Origin: Vulcanimicrobiota bacterium
GTDB lineage: Bacteria > Vulcanimicrobiota > Xenobia > Xenobiales > JADMJV01
Reading direction: 5' to 3'
DNA: 64,000 bases
NCBI GenBank assembly: GCA_050250895.1
Contig: JBFWNU010000001.1
Coordinates: 1,838,884-1,902,883 of the forward strand
Shown here: piece by piece, positions 1-10,231 of the stretch
Layout of the letters: each line of letters begins with the position of its first letter
Position numbering within the stretch: the first letter of the stretch is position 1
The notes under the pieces: generated by a model
Database searches by the model: none
What the model was told of the DNA's origin: nothing
The model's input: only the letters and a program-made list of their open reading frames with translations
Made by a program: the position numbers and the translations under genes

Positions 1-489
1 CCGTCCGAAGCGTTGTTGTCCGTAGTAGTTGGCCCAGCCGGTTTGGGCCAGGCGGCTGGCGATGGCCTGAGTGCGACTGAGGGTGTCGGGATGGCAATCT
101 CGAATCACCAGCCGAAAGCGATTGCCGCGCAGGTGGCCCCGGCGCAACTTGTTGGCGTGCAGGCCGAGAAAGTTGACCTCGAGCACTCCCTCGAGCTGGC
201 CGAAACCGCTCTCGATGTCGGGCCAATCGGCCGGGCAGCTGATGCGCTGGGTGGTGACGGCATGGCGGTCTTTGCGACCCGCGTACCCGAACTCGCGCGC
301 GTCAAGCCCTCGCTTGGCGGCCACCTGGCGTAAGAGCGCCTCGGTGGACCAATCTCGCTTGGTCACCTCGTAGTAGGCGTGATGACCCTCTCCGGCCGGC
401 TCATAAGCAGGCAGTTCCCAGACTCGAAAATCCTCGGGCTGTGCCTTGAGATGACCCCCCACCCCGGGCAGGTCGGCTGTGATCCACAT
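1..489 (-). CDS. truD: tRNA pseudouridine(13) synthase TruD, 5' part (runs off window start)
   Basis: Hand translation from ATG at 489 (absent from the ORF track): MWITADLPGVGGHLKAQPEDFRVWE...FGYAGRKDRHAVTTQ...KLRRGHLRGNRF...NYYGQQRFG, all TruD motifs. Confidence 0.93.
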   Translation of the reverse strand, partial: MWITADLPGVGGHLKAQPEDFRVWELPAYEPAGEGHHAYYEVTKRDWSTEALLRQVAAKRGLDAREFGYAGRKDRHAVTTQRISCPADWPDIESGFGQLEGVLEVNFLGLHANKLRRGHLRGNRFRLVIRDCHPDTLSRTQAIASRLAQTGWANYYGQQRFGR

Positions 490-564
490 GGGGGCAGTTT
501 TATCACGGTTGCTTGACCCCCCTCTCTTGAGTTATAGTAAAGCACTTTTTCCCTGGAGGTTATC

Positions 565-2181
565 GTGGAGATTCGCCCCATCGACAGTGCTCAACTCAAG
601 ACCCCGCGCCCGGCCCCGGCCGCCGCCCCCAGTCACGAGATAAGAGACACTTTCACTCAGGCGGTGCGAGTCAAGATCTTTCCCCAGGATCCCCTGGTGG
701 GCAGTACCGAGAACTTCGAACTGCCCGCAGAAGTGATCGGCACCCGCCTCGAGTCGGAGCGAATCAAGACCGAAGATCGCTCTCCCATCGCCATCGCCGA
801 TCCCGACGGCAACTACGACTATGAGGTGGGCACTCCCCAGTTCGACCAGGTCAATGCCCACTCCGTGGTGGCCAGCACCGTGTCGATGTATGACCGCTAT
901 CTCGGCCGCCCGGCTCGCTGGGCCTTCAGCGGACCGCTTACGGTCAACCCTCACGCCGGCACCGGCAAGACCGCTTACTATAGCCGCTGGGACCGCTCGA
1001 TCAACTTCTTCGAGTGGCTCTCTGCCTCGCTCGGCAAACGGGTGACCACGGCTCAGTCGGCCGATGTGATCGCTCACGAGATAGGGCACGCGGTCTGGGA
1101 CGGTATCCGCCCGCGAGCCGGCTATTCCAACGAAGCCGGCGCCTTTCACGAGGCCTTCGGTGACTGTTCGGCTTTGTTGCAGGCTCTGCAGCATCCTACC
1201 AATCTGGTCAAAGCTCTCGAGCAAAACGGCGGCGACTTCAGCCGGCCCAGCCTGCTCAGTCGCATGGCAGAAGAGTTCGGCACGGCCTTCAACAAAGAAG
1301 ACCGCGACCCTAACAACGACAACAACATGTATTATCGCACGGCTCTCAACGAGTTTCGCTATATCGATCCTCGCGAACTGCCCGATGATGACTACCCGCC
1401 GACCGTGCCCGAAAACGTGCTCACCCGCGAATTCCACTCCTTCTCGCGGGTGTGGACCGGTACCTTCTATAACATGCTGGGCGCCCTTTATGAGGCCCGC
1501 GTCAAGAAGGGCGACCAGCCTCTTGAGGCGCTCACCGCTGCCCGCGACCAGCTGGGCAATCTGTGGGGCAAAAGCCTCGACGAACTGCCGCCCACCGGCA
1601 TCCGTTATCGCCTGGTTGGCGAGTCGATGCTAACCCAGGCCATGCGTGGGGGGGACCTGGACGTGTTTTCGGCGGTGGCCTCAGTGCTGGTCGACCGGCG
1701 CATCCTCACCCAGGCAGAGGTCGACGCCATCCGCTCGCGGACCCAACCCGAGCTCAAGTTGGCCGAGCCCGAGCAGGTGCTCGAGGCGGCCAGGGCTCAC
1801 TTTCCGCTGCCCCAGGGCATGCAGCTCGAGTCCGAGCCTTTGAAGACCGACGATGGTCGCACCATCATGCTGTTCACGGCTCCCGAACGGCACACCATCC
1901 CCTCGATGAATCTGGAAGGCGACCAGGTTGAAGTCGAGCTGCGCTCAGGCTTGATGCTGGCCTTCGATGCCGAAGGCAATTTGATGAACAGCAGCTTCAC
2001 GCCGGTCGACGCCCAAGCCGTCGCCGACGCTCGCACCTTCATCACCGATCTGGATCGGCGCGGCCGCCTGGCCGACAATATCTTCAAGAGCGAGGATCCG
2101 CTAGGTCGTCCCTATCTGGCGCGGGCTTTGCCCGACCGGCCGGGGGTGCGCCTCATCGAGCGAGTGCCAGTCTTCGATTAG
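565..2181 (+). CDS. Zinc metalloprotease, M4/M36 (thermolysin/fungalysin-like)
   Basis: HExxH (AHEIGH), downstream EAFGD third ligand, AYY motif; GGAGG SD before GTG; no hydrophobic signal peptide. Confidence 0.8.
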   Translation: MEIRPIDSAQLKTPRPAPAAAPSHEIRDTFTQAVRVKIFPQDPLVGSTENFELPAEVIGTRLESERIKTEDRSPIAIADPDGNYDYEVGTPQFDQVNAHSVVASTVSMYDRYLGRPARWAFSGPLTVNPHAGTGKTAYYSRWDRSINFFEWLSASLGKRVTTAQSADVIAHEIGHAVWDGIRPRAGYSNEAGAFHEAFGDCSALLQALQHPTNLVKALEQNGGDFSRPSLLSRMAEEFGTAFNKEDRDPNNDNNMYYRTALNEFRYIDPRELPDDDYPPTVPENVLTREFHSFSRVWTGTFYNMLGALYEARVKKGDQPLEALTAARDQLGNLWGKSLDELPPTGIRYRLVGESMLTQAMRGGDLDVFSAVASVLVDRRILTQAEVDAIRSRTQPELKLAEPEQVLEAARAHFPLPQGMQLESEPLKTDDGRTIMLFTAPERHTIPSMNLEGDQVEVELRSGLMLAFDAEGNLMNSSFTPVDAQAVADARTFITDLDRRGRLADNIFKSEDPLGRPYLARALPDRPGVRLIERVPVFD

Positions 2182-2223
2182 GCTCCAGAGGATTTCGCCC
2201 ACAGCCTAAGAAAACCAGGCCTG

Positions 2224-5200
2224 ATGGCGCTCTACAAGGCAGAACTCCTGAGCCAACTGATCAGGGTTCCTCGTGCCAGGCCGCGGCCAAATCGCAGCTA
2301 CACCCCGCCCCACCGGGTGGCCGACGAGTTGCTCGAGAGCGTGCTGGCCCATCAGAGCGTATTGCTCTGCGGGGTTCCGGGCTCAGGTAAGTCGACGACC
2401 GTCGACCTTTTGAGCGATCGTCTCAAAACGCTGACGCCCCTCTGGCTGGTGGTCCGTTGGCGGCCCGGCCAGAGTGCCGATCAGGTCCTCGAGCAGGTCG
2501 TCGAGGCGGGCGGTTTCACGGCTTTGTCGGGCTGGGGCGAACTGGTCACTAGATTGCGTTGCAGCCCGGTCCTGGCCGGTCTGCTGCTGGTGGTCGAAGA
2601 GTTCTCGCAGACGGGGCTCGAGCCGGTCAGCCAGTTGGCCGCTCAGCTCGAAGAGGTGGGCGCCCCCATCTCGCTGCTGGCCACCATGGCCTGCGCCCTG
2701 GGCAGTCTCGAGGCGGGCCAGGAAGCCGAGCTGCGCCAGACGTTCCGCCGACTCAAGCCGATCTCCCTGCCGGGACCGCCCGGGGCCTTCGAGAGCCTGC
2801 TGACCGACGGTTACTTCGAGCGGCGCGAGTGGGACCATTGGTCTACTCTCGAAGCGGATGCCGATCTGGCTTATCAGTTGGCCTGCCTGACGCGTCTCAA
2901 GGTATATGATTCCGACGAGCTCGCTCGCATCGTGGTGGAGAACGGCTATCCGCTGCATCCCACCGTAACCTTCTTGCTGCCCCGGTTGGCCGAACGACTC
3001 AACGCCGATCCATTCGAGCCGTTCACCAATGAACGACGTGGAGGCTTCGGCTATTTTCTCAACAACTTTCGGGTGGGGCAGCCCTCGGGGCGTTTGTCTC
3101 TCTATCTTCTGGATCAGCTCTACGGTCATTTTGAAGCGCGTCTGCCGACCCGGGTGCTGGCTTGCGTCGAGGCGGTCGAGAGGAGCGCCCGGGACCTGCC
3201 CCTGGCCTCGCGGTTGGCTCGCACCCTGGCCCTGCTTCAACTGGTGAACCACGATCGTCTAATGGCCAGTAGCGGCATCGTCTTGTGGGCTTTGCACCTC
3301 AATCGCAAAGAGACGGCCTCGGCCCAGGCCACTCTTGACGCCCTGGTGGAGCGGGGTCTGATCGGCCAGGTCGAACAGCGACTGGAACTGGATTTCGAGC
3401 CTCCTGGTCAGAGTCTGAGTGCCTGTGTGAGAGAGCTGCGCCGGCGGCTGCCCGAGCGGGTCGATTCGTTTGCGCTGCTGCAAGAGGCGGCGCCTCCCCG
3501 ACGCATCTTCTTGAGCGCCCACAACCAGCGCCACCATACCGACCGCTACGTCGATGTCGTTTACGCGCGTCCTGAAGAACTCGAACGACATGACGGGATC
3601 GAGGCCCGGCTGTCGCGCTATCAGCTCGGACGCCGGCCCTACGCCGGCGATTTCCTGCTGGTCTATCTCATTGCCCAGCGGCGAGAAGAACTCGAGCGGA
3701 TCGACCAGCTCTACGACCAGGGACGCTTTCGGCAGGATCGCCTCATTCTGGCCCTGCCCATGCGAAGCTATAACTTCGCCGCCGAGTCCAATCGGCTGGC
3801 CGCTTTGGAGAGGTTGCTCGAGGGGCACCCGCCCTACAGTGACCCGACCACCCGGGCCCATCAGCAGGCGCTCGAGGCCCACGGGGCTGCCCGGGCCAAG
3901 CTCGACGAGAGCCTGAGGCTCTATCTCTCGCCCGAGTATCTTGAGTTTCGTCATCAGAACGAGGTCAAGCGTCTGCTCGACGGAGGCACCTTCCTCGACT
4001 ATCTCCACGAGCTGCTCGAGCAGCAGATCGGCCAGCCCCCGGTGGTTCCCCACCCTCAGTTCGCTAGCCTGATCGACTCGATCCGCAACCAGACCCGGCG
4101 GCGCAAAGCTCTCGATTATCTGTTGGCGACGCGCGGGCCGCTCCTGCTCTATAAGAACGGGAGGCCCTTTCATCTGGCTCTGCACCGGGGCTTGATCGAG
4201 ACCGGCCTGGTCGAGGCCTGTGCTCAAGGCGCCACCCGCTCGAGCTATCTTCCGGCTGGCATGCCCACCAGCCGCCTGGGTCGCCTGTTTCGCGACCTGC
4301 GCTCGCGATTTCTCGAGCAACCGCGCCTGGAGCTATCCTTCGCCAGCCTGGTCGACGAGTTGTTGCGCCCGCCCCACAGTCTGGCCCCGGCCACTATCGA
4401 ACTGGTGGTGGCGGCGTTGCTGTGGAGCTTCGAGGGGCGCCTGCAGCTGTGGGGCAACCGGCCCAATCTCTTCACCGATAGCGCGATGCTGGCGGCGGCG
4501 GTGGCCGCCCCCACCGGGCACCGGTTGGTCTATGAGCGTTGGAGCCCGTCGCTCGAAACCTTCCTCACCGGGCTCACCGAGCAACTCGGCCTGCCGGTCG
4601 AGGCCTCGGAACAGCGCCTGGTTCGTGAGTTGCTCAGCTGGTATCGCGGTCTCTCCGAGGCGGCCGTAGCCATCGGCCGCGACAAGACCAATGAAGCCGA
4701 GTGGCTGGTGGACCTGTTGGAGCATCCCGTCGAGGACCCGGCCGAGTTCCTCTCCCAGGCCCTCCCCCGGGCCCTGGGTTTGCCGCTCGAAGACCCCGAG
4801 ACCCTGCTGGTCTATCTGGCCGAGACGCAACGCACCCTGGAAGACGCGGTCGAGCGCACCCGCCGTGAACTCAACAGCAAGCTGCGCGAGCTTTTCGCCT
4901 CGACCGGCGCCGACCTGGAGCACCCCTGGCCGGCCCTGGTGGCCCGCTGGTGCGCTCGCCTGCCGCGCGAGTCGGCCGACTCACCGATGGCCGATCTGGG
5001 TCACCTGTTGGCCACCTATTCGGCTACCACCACCGACGAGGACGAGACCCTCGAGGATCTTCTCTATGAGCTCGACTACGGTCCGGTGGACCGCTGGCGA
5101 CAAAACTACACCGACGAGGTGTTGGCCCGTGTTCGCGAGGTCAAATCGGTGCTAGAGCACGCACCGTTTCACGGCCTCTATCCGATCGAAGACGGCCAGC

Positions 5201-5292
5201 AGCGTCAGGCCGCTCGACGGCTGATCGCCTGGCTGGCCCGGCAGTCTGGCCTGGGTCCTGAAGCGTTCAAAGAACGTTCGCTTTCGCTTTAG
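2224..5292 (+). CDS. Large P-loop ATPase-like protein (BrxC/SspC-like motifs)
   Basis: 1022 aa; Walker A GVPGSGKST; Walker B-like LLVVEE; YPLHP...LPRL...FTNERR segment. Confidence 0.55.
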   Translation: MALYKAELLSQLIRVPRARPRPNRSYTPPHRVADELLESVLAHQSVLLCGVPGSGKSTTVDLLSDRLKTLTPLWLVVRWRPGQSADQVLEQVVEAGGFTALSGWGELVTRLRCSPVLAGLLLVVEEFSQTGLEPVSQLAAQLEEVGAPISLLATMACALGSLEAGQEAELRQTFRRLKPISLPGPPGAFESLLTDGYFERREWDHWSTLEADADLAYQLACLTRLKVYDSDELARIVVENGYPLHPTVTFLLPRLAERLNADPFEPFTNERRGGFGYFLNNFRVGQPSGRLSLYLLDQLYGHFEARLPTRVLACVEAVERSARDLPLASRLARTLALLQLVNHDRLMASSGIVLWALHLNRKETASAQATLDALVERGLIGQVEQRLELDFEPPGQSLSACVRELRRRLPERVDSFALLQEAAPPRRIFLSAHNQRHHTDRYVDVVYARPEELERHDGIEARLSRYQLGRRPYAGDFLLVYLIAQRREELERIDQLYDQGRFRQDRLILALPMRSYNFAAESNRLAALERLLEGHPPYSDPTTRAHQQALEAHGAARAKLDESLRLYLSPEYLEFRHQNEVKRLLDGGTFLDYLHELLEQQIGQPPVVPHPQFASLIDSIRNQTRRRKALDYLLATRGPLLLYKNGRPFHLALHRGLIETGLVEACAQGATRSSYLPAGMPTSRLGRLFRDLRSRFLEQPRLELSFASLVDELLRPPHSLAPATIELVVAALLWSFEGRLQLWGNRPNLFTDSAMLAAAVAAPTGHRLVYERWSPSLETFLTGLTEQLGLPVEASEQRLVRELLSWYRGLSEAAVAIGRDKTNEAEWLVDLLEHPVEDPAEFLSQALPRALGLPLEDPETLLVYLAETQRTLEDAVERTRRELNSKLRELFASTGADLEHPWPALVARWCARLPRESADSPMADLGHLLATYSATTTDEDETLEDLLYELDYGPVDRWRQNYTDEVLARVREVKSVLEHAPFHGLYPIEDGQQRQAARRLIAWLARQSGLGPEAFKERSLSL

Positions 5293-5320
5293 CCGGGCTC
5301 GATCTGGGTAGAGTGGAGGG

Positions 5321-6529
5321 ATGGAAAGCTACATCCAGGAACCGATGGCGGTATTGGCCGTGCTGCTGGCAGTGCTGGCCGCCCTGTTTGGTCTTGACCG
5401 CCACCCCGAAGCGAGCAAAGTCTTCAAAGTCGTCCCGCTGCTGGTGTTTGCCTATTTCGTACCCACCATCTTGTCGAATACCGGCTTGATTCCCCTGGAC
5501 GGGGATTTCGTGCTTTATGAGTTCATCAAAGACTGGTTGCTGCCGGCCAGTCTGGTTCTCTTGATCCTGGCTGTGGATGTGCCGGCCATCGTCGGCCTGG
5601 GACGCAACGCCGGGCTTCTTTTTCTGGTTGGCACCGGGACCATTGTGGTGGGCGGTCCGCTGGCCATGCTTTTGTTCGGCTGGATGCTGCCCGCCGATAT
5701 GGGCGAACAGGCCTGGAAGGGTCTGGCCGCCCTGTCTGGTTCGTGGATCGGGGGTGGAGCGAACTTCACGGCCATCGGCGAGAGCGTGGGGGCCACTGAT
5801 TCTACCCTCTCCTTGATGGTGGTGGTGGATGTGGCGGTGGCCAATGTCTGGATGGCCATCCTGTTAAGCTTCGCGGCGCGCGAGAAGGAGATGGACGCCC
5901 GCATCGAGGCCGACCGCACCACGGTCGACGAGTGCCTGCGGCGAGTGGAAGAGTTTCAAGGCCAGGTGGCTCGCCCTACTAATCTGCCGGATGTGCTGTT
6001 GATGCTGGCGGTCGCCTTCGGCGGCACTGCCCTGGCGCATTTCGTCGGACCCCGGCTTCCTCAGACCGACCTGATCGGCGGCTTCACCTGGGTAGTCATT
6101 CTGGTGACCGCACTGGGTCTGTCTCTTTCCTTCACCTCGCTACGTTCGCTGGAGGGCGCCGGCGCCAGCGCGCTGGGCTCGGTCTTTCTCTACCTGTTGG
6201 TGGCAACCATCGGAGCCAAAGCCGAGTTCAGCCGCGTCTTCGAGCCCCAGAATGCCGTCTTCGTGTTGGTGGGAGCGGTCTGGATGATGTTCCATGGCGT
6301 GCTACTGCTGTTGGTGCGGCGCTGGTTGAAGGCTCCGATCTTCTTTGCGGCGGTCGGTTCTCAGGCCAATGTCGGCGGGGCCGCCTCGGCTCCGATCGTG
6401 GCCTCGGTCTTCCATCCGTCGCTGGCTCCGGTCGGCGTGCTATTGGCCATCGCCGGCTACGTGATGGGGGTGTATGGTGGCCTGGTCTGCGCCGCCTTGC
6501 TCAGGGCGGCCTACTTCGTTTGGCACTGA
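5321..6529 (+). CDS. DUF819 family multi-pass membrane protein
   Basis: Many TM segments; GSWIGGGANF and SQANVGGAASAPIVA motifs. Confidence 0.85.
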   Translation: MESYIQEPMAVLAVLLAVLAALFGLDRHPEASKVFKVVPLLVFAYFVPTILSNTGLIPLDGDFVLYEFIKDWLLPASLVLLILAVDVPAIVGLGRNAGLLFLVGTGTIVVGGPLAMLLFGWMLPADMGEQAWKGLAALSGSWIGGGANFTAIGESVGATDSTLSLMVVVDVAVANVWMAILLSFAAREKEMDARIEADRTTVDECLRRVEEFQGQVARPTNLPDVLLMLAVAFGGTALAHFVGPRLPQTDLIGGFTWVVILVTALGLSLSFTSLRSLEGAGASALGSVFLYLLVATIGAKAEFSRVFEPQNAVFVLVGAVWMMFHGVLLLLVRRWLKAPIFFAAVGSQANVGGAASAPIVASVFHPSLAPVGVLLAIAGYVMGVYGGLVCAALLRAAYFVWH

Positions 6530-7350
6530 GGTAGAGGCCGCCGCCGCTCGCCACGTCGGGCCGGCGTCAAAACGTGGGCCACGGTATAGGCCTCGTCATA
6601 CCGCTCCTGCTCGAGCATGGCGTCTAGATGGGCCAGCAACTGGCTGCAGCGGCGCCGCGCAAACCTCAGCCGCACCTCTTGTTGGCACGTCAACGAGCCC
6701 ACTCGCCGCAGCCGCTCGAGTTCGCTGATCAGAAAGTAGCGACGCATCTGCTCACTGAGCCGATCGGGATACTCCCTGAAGCCGAATTTCCTGTGCCAGG
6801 CCGCGCTCGGCAGGTTGGCCAGTTGGTAGGCGCTGGTCAGGTGGGTCTCGCCGCTCTCCAAGAGCTGCCGACAGCAGGCTCCCACGGCCACCGCGGCCAG
6901 CCCTCGCCGATGGTGGTCGGGAGCCACGAACAGCAAGTCGAGGTGAGGCCCGGTCACGGTCTCGACCAGCAAGGCGGCGGCCAGCGGCCGACCGTGCTCC
7001 TCTAGCACCACCGACTCGGGTCGAGGCTGACCCCGTTCCCCCTCGAAGTAGGTGGCGATGGATTCGCGGGCCGCGTTCTCGGCCTGCTCGGGGCTATAGC
7101 CGGCGTACTCCACGGAAGGGCCGAAGGCGGCCAGGCAGAGTGGCCATAGGGTCTCGCTCTGGCTGGGTCGGGGAGCCTGGCCGGCGGATGGATGGCCGAC
7201 CCGCAATTCTAATGATGCTACCACACAGCAGGCTCCGGGCTCGATTCGAGCCACACCGTCGAGATACTCGTAGCGCCAGCCGAGGTGGCGAGGGAGGCGC
7301 CAGAACTCCTCCCTGGTTAACCGCTGGGTGCCGACGAGGAACGAAGTCAC
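6511..7350 (-). CDS. GNAT family acetyltransferase
   Basis: LFVAPDHHRRGLA acetyl-CoA motif and N...WHRKFGF; start moved to GTG 7350 because the track ORF overlaps the divergent gene. Confidence 0.7.
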   Translation of the reverse strand: MTSFLVGTQRLTREEFWRLPRHLGWRYEYLDGVARIEPGACCVVASLELRVGHPSAGQAPRPSQSETLWPLCLAAFGPSVEYAGYSPEQAENAARESIATYFEGERGQPRPESVVLEEHGRPLAAALLVETVTGPHLDLLFVAPDHHRRGLAAVAVGACCRQLLESGETHLTSAYQLANLPSAAWHRKFGFREYPDRLSEQMRRYFLISELERLRRVGSLTCQQEVRLRFARRRCSQLLAHLDAMLEQERYDEAYTVAHVLTPARRGERRRPLPQCQTK

Positions 7351-7422
7351 CTCGATGGCTTCGCGTCCGGTGCGGTCGGGCCCTGGAAGGTGAATCAGTC
7401 GGTCGTGAGAATCCTGGGCGCT

Positions 7423-8080
7423 ATGAATCCCGAGTTGTTCGAGTTTTTCCGCGAGCTCAAGGCCAACAATCAGCGCGAGTGGTTCGAGGCTAACAAGAAG
7501 CGCTATCACCAGCAGGTGCGCGACCCTCTGCTGGCCTTCATCGAGGCGTTCGCTCCCCATCTCGAGGCTATCAGCCCCCACTTTCTGGCCGAACCCAGAG
7601 CCAACGGCGGATCGATGTTTCGCATCTATCGGGACGTTCGTTTCTCGAAAAAACAAGAGCCCTTACAAGACCCACGCCGCCCTGCAGTTTCGACACGAGG
7701 CCGGGCGCGATGTCCACGCTCCCGGCTTCTATCTGCACCTAGAGCCCGGCAACGTCTTTTGCGGGGCCGGGCTGTGGCGCCCCGACAACCAGGCGCTGGC
7801 CGCCATTCGTCAGGCCATCGACGAGCGGCCCGGCGACTGGGAAGAGGCCAGCCAGGGCAACTTTCGGATCGAGGGAGACAGCCTCAAGCGTCCTCCTCGG
7901 GGCTACCCTCTGGACCATCCGTTGCTCGAGGCGCTCAAGCGCAAGGACCATGTGGCCGTGGTCGACCTTGACGAAAAGTTGGCCACCAGTTCGAATTTTC
8001 TCGAAATCTTCGCTGGACACTGCCGTGAATTCTCAGGTTTGATGCGATTTCTGACCCGTTCGGTAGGATTGCCGTTTTGA
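7423..8080 (+). pseudogene. DUF2461 family protein with a frameshift in an A6 run (7648-7653)
   Basis: LKANNQREWFEANK...SMFRIYRDVRFSK; removing one A continues as NKSPYKTH...APGFYLHLEPG...LKRPPRGY to TGA 8080. Confidence 0.8.
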
Positions 8081-8147
8081 TCCGGATCAGCCAGGAACCC
8101 CGGGAGCGAACAAAGAACACAGTCGGCCAGCGATTAACGCGGAGCGC

Positions 8148-9236
8148 TTGATGGAAACGAAGACTGACAACCCCACCGAGGAGTTACCACCGATTAAAGC
8201 TGAAAACACGGGCGATTCGGAGGAAATCGGCAGCGAGACCGATCAGGTCACCCGAACCCTCGTGGCCATCGGCGATTTGCACGGCGACTATTTCCGCATG
8301 CTGCGACTGCTGCGCGAGAACGACCTGATTCTGCCGGGCACGACCGTGTGGAACCCCGACAAAAAGCGCGTCGATCTGGTCTTGATCGGCGATTATGTCG
8401 ATTGGCGCAACGAGCCTCTCGAGGGGCCTCAAGAGCAGTGGGTCGAGGGCGCTCGGCGCATCATCGAACTGCTCTTTAGTCTGCACCACCAGCTCGAAAA
8501 GCTTCGCTCCAACGACGATTCGTTCAAGAGTCACATCTACGCCCTGCTCGGCAACCACGACGAAATGATGATCGAAGCGCACACTCTGTTCGATTTCATG
8601 GGTCTCGATAAGCTCGAAGAGTTTCTGCAGTCGGTCGAGGGCAATATCCAGGTTCGCACAGCCATTCAGGGTCTGGGCCTGGGTCCGGGCGAAGTCGAGA
8701 AAGTGCTGAAGTTCCTGAACTGGTATGTTCAGGGTGGCCGCGCCACCATCGAAGGCTATAAAGGCATTCGCGAATGGAAAGAGGCCATGGATACGGACAT
8801 GGGCGATTTCCTGCGCACCTACCTGCGGCTGGGCGTGGTGGTCAACAATCGGCTGTTCGCCCACACCGCCCCCGATCCGCGCCAGTTCTGGCTGCCGATC
8901 AACGACATCATGGAGCTGCCCGAGTCCACCTACCGTCAGGCCAAAGAGGCCTTCCTGTGGAGCCGCAAGGTGTGGGGGTACGACTACTGCACCGGCTCGC
9001 GCACCGTCCCGTTCACGGCGGAAGAGATGGACGAGATGCTCGAGAATATGGGCGTCGAAGGCGTAGTGGTCGGCCACACTCCCCTGCCCCACGACGGCAA
9101 ACCGGTAGTGGCCTACGACGGTCGCGTCATCAATATCGACCTGCACGCCTTTCCGGGGAGCGAAGCCTACATCGAGACCTACGTCCCCAACGGCGACAAT
9201 CGCGACCCTCTGAGAGACCCTTCCCTCGGTCGTTAA
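8148..9236 (+). CDS. Calcineurin-like metallophosphoesterase (PPP-like)
   Basis: GDLHG, GDYVD, LGNHD and VVGHT motifs. Confidence 0.85.
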   Translation: MMETKTDNPTEELPPIKAENTGDSEEIGSETDQVTRTLVAIGDLHGDYFRMLRLLRENDLILPGTTVWNPDKKRVDLVLIGDYVDWRNEPLEGPQEQWVEGARRIIELLFSLHHQLEKLRSNDDSFKSHIYALLGNHDEMMIEAHTLFDFMGLDKLEEFLQSVEGNIQVRTAIQGLGLGPGEVEKVLKFLNWYVQGGRATIEGYKGIREWKEAMDTDMGDFLRTYLRLGVVVNNRLFAHTAPDPRQFWLPINDIMELPESTYRQAKEAFLWSRKVWGYDYCTGSRTVPFTAEEMDEMLENMGVEGVVVGHTPLPHDGKPVVAYDGRVINIDLHAFPGSEAYIETYVPNGDNRDPLRDPSLGR

Positions 9237-10159
9237 TGCTGGTTGACGAGGTTCGGGCCCTTATCGACAATGTCGAAAGGGTCATTCTGGGCAAACGCGA
9301 TACGATCGAGATCGTCGTCGTCGCTTTGCTCTGTGAGGGGCACGTTCTGCTCGAGGATGTGCCCGGCGTAGGCAAGACCATGCTCAGTCGCGCGGTGGCG
9401 CGCTCGCTCGGCTGCAGCCATGCTCGCGTGCAGTGCACCCCGGACCTCCTACCCACCGACTTGACCGGGGTCAACGTTTTCAACCAGAAGACCTCTGACT
9501 TCGACTTTAGGCCCGGGCCTCTCCACCATCAGGTCATTCTGGCCGACGAGATCAATCGAGCCACGCCCAAGACGCAATCGGCGCTGCTCGAGTGTATGGA
9601 AGAGCGCCAGATCACCATTGATGGCGTGACTCATCCCCTGCCTCGTCCGTTTCTGGTGCTGGCCACCCAAAACCCGGTCGAGCACGAGGGCACTTTTCCT
9701 TTGCCCGAGGCGCAACTCGACCGCTTCATGGTGCGGGCTCGCCTGGGCTATCCCAGCGCCGAAGCCGAGAAGCAGATGCTCAAAGGCCAACAGATGGCCC
9801 ACCCGGTCGAGAGCGTGAGCCAGGTGCTCGAGGGGGCGCGGCTGCTCGAGCTGCAGGCCGAGGTGCGCAAAATTCACGTCAGCGAGAGCCTGCTCGACTA
9901 TCTGGTGCACCTGGTTCGTCAGACCCGCGAGAACGCCGACCTGCGCCTGGGGGCCAGTCCCCGGGGCAGCCTGGCTCTCTTTCGGGCGGCCCAGGCCTGC
10001 GCCGCCCTCGACGCGCGCGACTTCGTGCTGCCCGACGACATCCAGAAGATGGCCCTGCCCACCCTCGGCCACCGTCTCTTGCATCGAGGCGACCTGACCG
10101 GGCAGGCCAGCGAACAGCTGATTGCCGAGCTGGTCTCTCGGGTGCCCGTGCCGGTTTGA
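9236..10159 (+). CDS. MoxR family AAA+ ATPase
   Basis: EDVPGVGKT, QCTPDLLPTD, DEINRA, ATQNPVE, LPEAQLDRF; ATG overlaps the upstream TAA (taatg). Confidence 0.93.
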   Translation: MLVDEVRALIDNVERVILGKRDTIEIVVVALLCEGHVLLEDVPGVGKTMLSRAVARSLGCSHARVQCTPDLLPTDLTGVNVFNQKTSDFDFRPGPLHHQVILADEINRATPKTQSALLECMEERQITIDGVTHPLPRPFLVLATQNPVEHEGTFPLPEAQLDRFMVRARLGYPSAEAEKQMLKGQQMAHPVESVSQVLEGARLLELQAEVRKIHVSESLLDYLVHLVRQTRENADLRLGASPRGSLALFRAAQACAALDARDFVLPDDIQKMALPTLGHRLLHRGDLTGQASEQLIAELVSRVPVPV

Positions 10160-10231
10160 AACTGGCGGTGGTCGGTAGAGGAGGCAGGACCTGGGGCGAG
10201 AACACCGGCCCAATCTTGCTTGGAGGCTTCC

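Noticed and set aside
121-150. Possible frameshift in truD
   Set aside because: Recounting the C4 run shows the frame is intact (KLRRGHLRGN).
8774-9235. Fusion-like N-terminal extensions (MoxR; also 12512, 61926, 63201, 7656 track starts)
   Set aside because: They are alternate-frame read-ins over neighbouring genes; the better-supported starts lie downstream, mostly adjoining the neighbouring stop codon.
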